Shown here: positions 55,071-64,000 of the stretch, piece after piece | How the letters are laid out: each line of letters opens with the position of its first letter | Position numbering within the stretch: position 1 is the stretch's first letter | Assembly: GCA_964016885.1 (NCBI GenBank) | Contig: OZ024757.1 | Location: 186,001-250,000 of the forward strand | Direction of reading: 5' to 3' | DNA from: Eledone cirrhosa | Lineage: Eukaryota | Length of the DNA stretch: 64,000 bases | Position numbers and translations under genes: made by a program | The notes under the pieces: model-generated | Databases searched by the model: none | The model's input: only the letters and a program-made list of their open reading frames with translations | Told to the model about the DNA's origin: nothing

Positions 55071-56859
55071 GGGGTGAAGACAGTAACTACTAGGGTGAGA
55101 TAGTGACATTGGGGTAAAAACAATAGCTACTAGGGTGAGATAGTGACATTGGGTTGACGACAATAGCTACTAGGGTGAGATAGTGACGTTGGGTGAAGAC
55201 AAATGCTACTATGGTGCGATAGTGACATTGGGGTGAAAACAATAGCTACTTGGGTGAGATAGTGACATTGGGATGAAGACAGTAGCTACTAGGGTCAGAT
55301 AGTGACATTGGAGTGGAGACAGAAGCTACTAAGGTGAGATAGTGACATTGAGGTGAAGACAATAGCTACTAGGGTGAGATAGTGACATTGGGGTGAAGAC
55401 AGAAGCTACTAAGGTGAGATAGTGATATTGGGGTGAAGACAATAGCTACTAGGGTGCGATAGTGACGTTGGGGTGAAGACAATAGCTACTAGGGTGAGAT
55501 AGTGACATTGGGGTGAAGACAGTAGCTACTAGGGTGAGATAGTGACATTGGGGTGAAGACAATAGCTACTAGGGTGAGGTAGTGACATTGGGGAGGAGAC
55601 AATAGCTAGTAGGGTGAGATAGTGACATTGGGGTGAAGACAATAGCTACTAGGGTGAGATAGTGACATTGGGGTGAAGACAATAGCTACTAGGTTGAGGT
55701 AGTGACATTGGGGTGGAGACAATAGCTACTAGGGTGAGATAGTGACATTGGGGTGAAGACAATATCTACTAGGGTGAGATAGTGACATTGGGGCGAAGAC
55801 AATAGCTACGAGGGTGAGGTAGTGACATTGGGGTGGAGACAATAGCTACTAGGGTGAGATAGTGACATTAGGGTGAAGACAATAGCTACTAGGGTGAGAT
55901 AGTGACATTGGGGTGAAGACAATAGCTACTAGGGTGAGATAGTGACATTGGGGTGAAGACAGTAGCTACTAGGGTGAAGACAATAGCTACTAGGGTGAGA
56001 TAGTGACATTGGGGTGGAGACAATAGCTACTAGGGTGAGATAGTGACATTAGGGTGAAAACAATAGCTACTAGGGTGAGATAGTGACATTGGGGTGAAGA
56101 CAGTAGCTACTAGGGTGAGATAGTGACATTGGGGTGAAGACAATAGCTACTAGGGTAAGATAGTTACATATGGGTGAAGACAGTAGCTACTTGGGTGAGA
56201 TAGGGACATTGTGTGACAACAGTAGCTACTTGGGTGAGATAGTGACATTAGGGTCAATACAGTAGCTACTAGGGTGAGATAGTTACATTGGGGTGAAGAC
56301 AGTAGCTACTAGGGTGGGATAGTGACATTGGGGTGAAGACAATAGCTACTAGGGTGAGATAGTGAACTTAGGGTGAAGACAGTAGCTACTAGGGTGAGAT
56401 AGTGACATTGGGGTGAAGACAGTAACTACTAGGGTGAGATAGTGAAATTGGGGTGAAAACAATAGCTACTTGGGTGAGATAGTGACATTGGGATGAAGAC
56501 AATAGCTACTAGCGTGAGATGGTGACATTGGGGTGATGAAAATAGCTACTAGGGTGAGATGGTGACATTGGGGTGAAGACAATAGCTACTAGGGTGAGAT
56601 AGTGATATTGGGGTGAAGACAATAGCTACAAGGGTGAGATAGTGACATTGGGGTGAAGTCAATAGCTACTAGGGTGAGATAGAGACATTGGGGTGAAGAC
56701 AATAGCTACTAGGGTGAGATAGTGACATTGGGGTGAAAACAATAGCTAAGAGGGTGCGATAGTGACATTGGGGTGAAAACAATAGCTACGAGGGTGCGAT
56801 AGTGACATTGGGGTGAAGACAATAGCTACTAGGGTGAGATAGTGACATTGGGGTGAAGA

Positions 56860-59800
56860 CAGTAGCTACTAGGGTGAGATAGTGACATTGTAGTGGAGAC
56901 AGAAGCTACTAAGGTGAGATAGTGACATTGGGGTGAAGACAATAGCTACTAGGGTGAGCTAGTGACATTGGGTGAAGACAGAAGCTACTAAGGTGAGATA
57001 GTGACATTGGGGTGAAAACAATAGCTACTAGTGTGAGATAGTGACATTGGGTTGAAGACAATAGCTACTAGGGTGAGATAGTGACATTGGAGTGAAGACA
57101 AATGCTACAATGGTGCGATAGTGACATTGGGGTGAAAACAATAGCTACTAGGGTGAGATAGTGACATTGGGATGAAGACAGTAGCTATTAGGGTGAGATA
57201 GTGACATTGGAGTGGAGACAGAAGCTACTAAGGTGAGATAGTGACATTGGGGTGAAGACAGTAGCTACTAGGGTGAGCTAGTGACATTGGGGTGAAAACA
57301 ATAGCTACTAGTGTGAGATAGTGACATTGGGTTGAAGACAATAGCTACTAGGGTGAGATAGTGACATTGGAGTGAAGACAAATGCTACAATGGTGCGATA
57401 GTGACATTGGGGTGAAAACAATAGCTACTAGGGTGAGATAGTGACATTGGGGTGAAGACAATAGCTACTAGGGTGAGATAGTGACATTGGGGTGAAGACA
57501 ATAGCTACTAGGTTGAGGTAGTGACATTGGGGTGGAGACAATAGCTACTAGGGTGAGATAGTGACATTGGGGTGAAGACAATACCTACAAGGGGAAGATA
57601 GTTACATATGGGTGAAGACAGTAGCTACTAGGGTGAGATAGGGACATTGGGGTGGAGAGAGTAGCTACTAGGGTGAGATAGTGACATTGGGGTGAAAACA
57701 GTAGCTACTAGGGTGAGATAGTGACATTGGGGTGAAGACAATAGCTACTAGGGTGAGATAGTGACATTGAGGTGAAGACAATAGCTACTAGGGTGAGATA
57801 GTGAACTTAGGGTGAAGACAGTAGCTACTAGGGTGAGATAGTGACATTGTGTGACAACAGTAGCTACTTGGGTGAGATAGTAACATTAGGGTCAATACAG
57901 TAGCTACTAGGGTGAGATAGTTACATTGGGGTGAAGACAGTAGCTACTAGGGTGAGATAGTGACATTGGGGTGAAGACAGTAGCTACTAGGGTGAGATAG
58001 TTACATTGGGGTGAAGACAATAGCTACTAGGGTGGGATAGTGACATTGAGGTGAAGACAATAGCTACTAGGGTGAGATAGTGACATTGGGTGAAGACAGT
58101 AGCTACTAGGGTGAGATAGTGACATTGGGGTGAATACAATAGCTACTAGGGTGAGGTAGTGAACTTAGGGTGAAGACAGTAGCTACTAGGGTGAGATAGT
58201 GACATTGGGGTGAAGACAGTAACTACTAGGGTGAGATAGTGAACTTAGGGTGAAGACAGTAGCTACTAGGGTGAGATAGTGACATTGGGGTGAAGACAGT
58301 AACTACTAGAGTGAGATAGTGACATTGGGGTAAAAACAATAGCTACTAGGGTGAGATAGTGACATTGGGTTGACGACAATAGCTACTAGGGTGAGATAGT
58401 GACGTTGGGTGAAGACAAATGCTACTATGGTGCGATAGTGACATTGGGGTGAAAACAGTAGCTACTTGGGTGAGATAGTGACGTTGGGATGAAGACAGTA
58501 GCTACTAGGGTCAGATAGTGACATTGGAGTGGAGACAGAAGCTACTAAGGTGAGATAGTGACATTGAGGTGAAGACAATAGCTACTAGGGTGAGATAGTG
58601 ACATTGGGGTGAAGACAGAAGCTACTAAGGTGAGATAGTGATATTGGGGTGAAGACAATAGCTACTAGGGTGCGATAGTGACGTTGGGGTGAAGACAATA
58701 GCTACTAGGGTGAGATAGTGACATTGGGGTGAAGACAGTAGCTACTAGGGTGAGATAGTGACATTGGGGTGAAGACAATAGCTACTAGGGTGAGGTAGTG
58801 ACATTGGGGTGGAGACAATAGCTACTAGGGTGAGATAGTGACATTGGGGTGAAGACAATAGCTACTAGGGTGAGATAGTGACATTGGGGTGAAGACAATA
58901 GCTACTAGGTTGAGGTAGTGACATTGGGGTGTAGACAATAGCTACTAGGGTGAGATAGTGACATTGGGGTGAAGACAATAGCTACTAGGGTGAGATAGTG
59001 ACATTGGGGTGAAGACAATAGCTACTAGGGTGAGATAGTGACATTGGGGCGAAGACAATAGCTACTAGGGTGAGGTAGTGACATTGGGGTGGAGACAATA
59101 GCTACTAGGGTGAGATAGTGACATTAGGGTGAAGACAATAGCTACTAGGGTGAGATAGTGACATTGGGGTGAAGACAATAGCTACTAGGGTGAGATAGTG
59201 ACATTCGGGTGAAGACAGTAGCTACTAGGGTGAAGACAATAGCTACTAGGGTGAGGTAGTGACATTGGGGTGGAGACAATAGCTACTAGGGTGAAGACAG
59301 TAGCTACTAGGGTGAAGACAATAGCTACTAGGGTGAGGTAGTGACATTGGGGTGGAGACAATAGCTACTAGGGTGAGATATTGACATTGGGGTGAGGACA
59401 ATAGCTACTAGGGTGAGATAGTAACAGTGGGTTGAAGACAATAGCTACTAGGGTGAGATAGTGACATTGGGGTGAAGACTGAAGCTACTAGGCTGAGATA
59501 GTGACATTGGGGTGAAGACAGTAACTACTAGGGTGAGATAGTGACATTGGGGTAAAAACAATAGCTACTAGGGTGAGATAGTGACATTGGGGTGAAGACA
59601 GTAGCTACTAAGGTGAGATAGTGACATTGGGGTGAAAACAATAGCTACTAGGGTGAGATAGTGACATTGGGTTGACGACAATAGCTACTAGGGTGAGATA
59701 GTGACGTTGGGTAAAGACAAATGCTACTATGGTGCGATAGTGACATTGAGGTGAAAACAATAGCTACTTGGGTGAGATAGTGACATTGGGATGAAGACAA

Positions 59801-62800
59801 TAGCTACTAGGGTGAGATGGTGACATTGGGGTGAAGACAATAGCTACTAGGGTGAGATGGTGACATTGGGGTGAAGACAATAGCTACTAGGGTGAGATAG
59901 TAATATTGGGGTGAAGACAGTAGCTACTAGGGTGAGATAGTGACATTGTAGTGGAGACAGAAGCTACTAAGGTGAGATAGTGACATTGGGGTGAAGACAA
60001 TAGCTACTAGGGTGAGCTAGTGACATTGGGTGAAGACAGAAGCTACTAAGGTGAGATAGTGACATTGGGGTGAAAACAATAGCTACTAGTGTGAGATAGT
60101 GACATTGGGTTGAAGACAATAGCTACTAGGGTGAGATAGTGACATTGGAGTGAAGACAAATGCTACAATGGTGCGATAGTGACATTGGGGTGAAAACAAT
60201 AGCTACTAGGGTGAGATAGTGACATTGGGATGAAGACAGTAGCTATTAGGGTGAGATAGTGACATTGGAGTGGAGACAGAAGCTACTAAGGTGAGATAGT
60301 GACATTGGGGTGAAGACAGTAGCTACTAGGGTGAGCTAGTGACATTGGGGTGAAAACAATAGCTACTAGTGTGAGATAGTGACATTGGGTTGAAGACAAT
60401 AGCTACTAGGGTGAGATAGTGACATTGGAGTGAAGACAAATGCTACAATGGTGCGATAGTGACATTGGGGTGAAAACAATAGCTACTAGGGTGAGATAGT
60501 GACATTGGGGTGAAGACAATAGCTACTAGGGTGAGATAGTGACATTGGGGTGAAGACAATAGCTACTAGGTTGAGGTAGTGACATTGGGGTGGAGACAAT
60601 AGCTACTAGGGTGAGATAGTGACATTGGGGTGAAGACAATACCTACAAGGGGAAGATAGTTACATATGGGTGAAGACAGTAGCTACTAGGGTGAGATAGG
60701 GACATTGGGGTGGAGAGAGTAGCTACTAGGGTGAGATAGTGACATTGGGGTGAAAACAGTAGCTACTAGGGTGAGATAGTGACATTGGGGTGAAGACAAT
60801 AGCTACTAGGGTGAGATAGTGACATTGAGGTGAAGACAATAGCTACTAGGGTGAGATAGTGAACTTAGGGTGAAGACAGTAGCTACTAGGGTGAGATAGT
60901 GACATTGTGTGACAACAGTAGCTACTTGGGTGAGATAGTAACATTAGGGTCAATACAGTAGCTACTAGGGTGAGATAGTTACATTGGGGTGAAGACAGTA
61001 GCTACTAGGGTGAGATAGTGACATTGGGGTGAAGACAGTAGCTACTAGGGTGAGATAGTTACATTGGGGTGAAGACAATAGCTACTAGGGTGGGATAGTG
61101 ACATTGAGGTGAAGACAATAGCTACTAGGGTGAGATAGTGACATTGGGTGAAGACAGTAGCTACTAGGGTGAGATAGTGACATTGGGGTGAATACAATAG
61201 CTACTAGGGTGAGGTAGTGAACTTAGGGTGAAGACAGTAGCTACTAGGGTGAGATAGTGACATTGGGGTGAAGACAGTAACTACTAGGGTGAGATAGTGA
61301 ACTTAGGGTGAAGACAGTAGCTACTAGGGTGAGATAGTGACATTGGGGTGAAGACAGTAACTACTAGAGTGAGATAGTGACATTGGGGTAAAAACAATAG
61401 CTACTAGGGTGAGATAGTGACATTGGGTTGACGACAATAGCTACTAGGGTGAGATAGTGACGTTGGGTGAAGACAAATGCTACTATGGTGCGATAGTGAC
61501 ATTGGGGTGAAAACAGTAGCTACTTGGGTGAGATAGTGACGTTGGGATGAAGACAGTAGCTACTAGGGTCAGATAGTGACATTGGAGTGGAGACAGAAGC
61601 TACTAAGGTGAGATAGTGACATTGAGGTGAAGACAATAGCTACTAGGGTGAGATAGTGACATTGGGGTGAAGACAGAAGCTACTAAGGTGAGATAGTGAT
61701 ATTGGGGTGAAGACAATAGCTACTAGGGTGCGATAGTGACGTTGGGGTGAAGACAATAGCTACTAGGGTGAGATAGTGACATTGGGGTGAAGACAGTAGC
61801 TACTAGGGTGAGATAGTGACATTGGGGTGAAGACAATAGCTACTAGGGTGAGGTAGTGACATTGGGGTGGAGACAATAGCTACTAGGGTGAGATAGTGAC
61901 ATTGGGGTGAAGACAATAGCTACTAGGGTGAGATAGTGACATTGGGGTGAAGACAATAGCTACTAGGTTGAGGTAGTGACATTGGGGTGTAGACAATAGC
62001 TACTAGGGTGAGATAGTGACATTGGGGTGAAGACAATAGCTACTAGGGTGAGATAGTGACATTGGGGTGAAGACAATAGCTACTAGGGTGAGATAGTGAC
62101 ATTGGGGCGAAGACAATAGCTACTAGGGTGAGGTAGTGACATTGGGGTGGAGACAATAGCTACTAGGGTGAGATAGTGACATTAGGGTGAAGACAATAGC
62201 TACTAGGGTGAGATAGTGACATTGGGGTGAAGACAATAGCTACTAGGGTGAGATAGTGACATTCGGGTGAAGACAGTAGCTACTAGGGTGAAGACAATAG
62301 CTACTAGGGTGAGGTAGTGACATTGGGGTGGAGACAATAGCTACTAGGGTGAAGACAGTAGCTACTAGGGTGAAGACAATAGCTACTAGGGTGAGGTAGT
62401 GACATTGGGGTGGAGACAATAGCTACTAGGGTGAGATATTGACATTGGGGTGAGGACAATAGCTACTAGGGTGAGATAGTAACAGTGGGTTGAAGACAAT
62501 AGCTACTAGGGTGAGATAGTGACATTGGGGTGAAGACTGAAGCTACTAGGCTGAGATAGTGACATTGGGGTGAAGACAGTAACTACTAGGGTGAGATAGT
62601 GACATTGGGGTAAAAACAATAGCTACTAGGGTGAGATAGTGACATTGGGGTGAAGACAGTAGCTACTAAGGTGAGATAGTGACATTGGGGTGAAAACAAT
62701 AGCTACTAGGGTGAGATAGTGACATTGGGTTGACGACAATAGCTACTAGGGTGAGATAGTGACGTTGGGTAAAGACAAATGCTACTATGGTGCGATAGTG

Positions 62801-62977
62801 ACATTGAGGTGAAAACAATAGCTACTTGGGTGAGATAGTGACATTGGGATGAAGACAATAGCTACTAGGGTGAGATGGTGACATTGGGGTGAAGACAATA
62901 GCTACTAGGGTGAGATGGTGACATTGGGGTGAAGACAATAGCTACTAGGGTGAGATAGTAATATTGGGGTGAAGACA
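56860..62977. repeat. Apparently perfect tandem duplication of a 3058-bp block
   Basis: GTAGACAATA at 58931/61989, ATTCGGGT at 59203/62261 and TAATATTGGG at 59901/62959, all with offset 3058. The junction lies at about 59905-59919. Confidence 0.93.
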
Positions 62978-64000
62978 ATAGCTACAAGGGTGAGATAGTG
63001 ACATTGGGGTGAAGTCAATAGCTACTAGGGTGAGATAGAGACATTGGGGTGAAGACAATAGCTACTAGGGTGAGATAGTGACATTGGGGTGAAAACAATA
63101 GCTACGAGGGTGCGATAGTGACATTGGGGTGAAGACAATAGCTACTAGGGTGAGCTAGTGACATTGGGGTGAAGACAGTAGCTACTAGGGTGAGATAGTG
63201 ACATTGTAGTGGAGACAGAAGCTACTAAGGTGAGATAGTGACATTGGGGTGAAGACAATAGCTACTAGGGTGAGCTAGTGACATTGGGGTGAAGACAGAA
63301 GCTACTAAGGTGAGATAGTGACATTGGGGTGAAAACAGTAGCTACTAGGGTGAGATAGTGACATTGGAGTGAAGACAAATGCTACAATGGTGCGATAGTG
63401 ACATTGGGGTGAAAACAATAGCTACTAGGGTGAGATAGTGACATTGGGATGAAGACAGTAGCTACTAGGGTGAGATAGTGACATTGGAGTGGAGACAGAA
63501 GCTACTAAGGTGAGATAGTGATATTGGGGTGAAGACAATAGCTACTAGGGTGAGGTAGTGACATTGGGGTGAAGACAGTAGCTACTAGGGTGAGATAGTG
63601 ACATTGGGGTGAAGACAGAAGCTACTAAGGTGAGATAGTGATATTGGGGTGAAGACAATAGCTACTAGGTTGAGGTAGTGACATTGGGGTGAAGACAGTA
63701 GCTACTAGGGTGAGATAGTGACATTGGGGTGAAGACAATAGCTACTAGGGTGAGGTAGTGACATTGGGGTGGAGACAATAGCTACTAGGGTGAGATAGTG
63801 ACATTGGGGTGAAGACAATAGCTACTAGGGTGAGATAGTGACATTGGGGTGAAGACAATAGCTACTAGGTTGAGGTAGTGACATTGGGGTGGAGACAATA
63901 GCTACTAGGGTGAGATAGTGACATTGGGATGAAGACAATACCTACTAGGGGAAGATAGTTACATATGGGTGAAGACAGTAGCTACTAGGGTGAGATAGGG

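Larger units (their letters stand above)
1..64000. repeat. Tandem satellite / large minisatellite array, 40-bp unit (ACAATAGCTACTAGGGTGAGATAGTGACATTGGGGTGAAG)n, about 1,600 copies, single orientation, open at both window edges
   Basis: Bases 1-40 are the consensus unit, and it recurs with a 40-bp period to the last base. Copies differ by a few substitutions and occasional 1-21 bp indels. Consensus composition is A13 G14 T9 C4 (45% GC). No non-repeat interval was seen. Confidence 0.99.

Noticed and set aside
1-64000. CRISPR array (repeat length is in a similar range)
   Set aside because: There are no unique spacers, since both alternating subunits are constant, and there is no leader or cas gene.
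1-64000. True telomeric tract (TTAGGG, TTGGGG and CTAGGG hexamers)
   Set aside because: The hexamers are isolated within a 40-bp unit and never form tandem runs. The variant and duplication pattern fits a recombining satellite and not telomerase-templated synthesis.
1-64000. Giant repeat-protein CDS, or a zinc-finger-like or antigenic-variation cassette array
   Set aside because: The unit length of 40 is not a multiple of 3, indels of 1, 13, 14 and 19 bp are tolerated, and the + strand has many TAG and TGA stops.
1-64000. Embedded mobile element, inversion or unique island
   Set aside because: None was seen when reading the window from end to end. Every segment aligns to the consensus in the same orientation, and no C-rich reverse-complement block appears.

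Overview
The whole 64-kb window is one uninterrupted, head-to-tail tandem satellite of about 1,600 copies of a 40-bp unit (consensus ACAATAGCTACTAGGGTGAGATAGTGACATTGGGGTGAAG), and it runs off both ends. I found no unique sequence, inversion, credible gene, RNA gene, transposon or CRISPR spacer. The eight supplied ORFs are translations of the repeat. The structure is all in the repeat hierarchy: (1) the 40-mer is an old dimer of related 21-bp and 19-bp subunits that both start GGGTGA, and whole subunits are repeatedly lost; (2) diagnostic variant monomers occur in fixed-order cassettes; (3) there are local 160-bp and 360-bp duplications; (4) much of 7-63 kb is tiled by recent, near-identical tandem duplications of about 3.0-3.3, 4.7-4.8, 4.3-4.4, 8.4/6.1 and 3.06 kb. 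This looks like an actively expanding eukaryotic satellite or large minisatellite. The organism, the family name and any function (centromeric, subtelomeric) cannot be determined from the sequence alone. I do not see evidence for a new gene-encoded system. Offsets were counted by hand from marker variants, and block boundaries are approximate.
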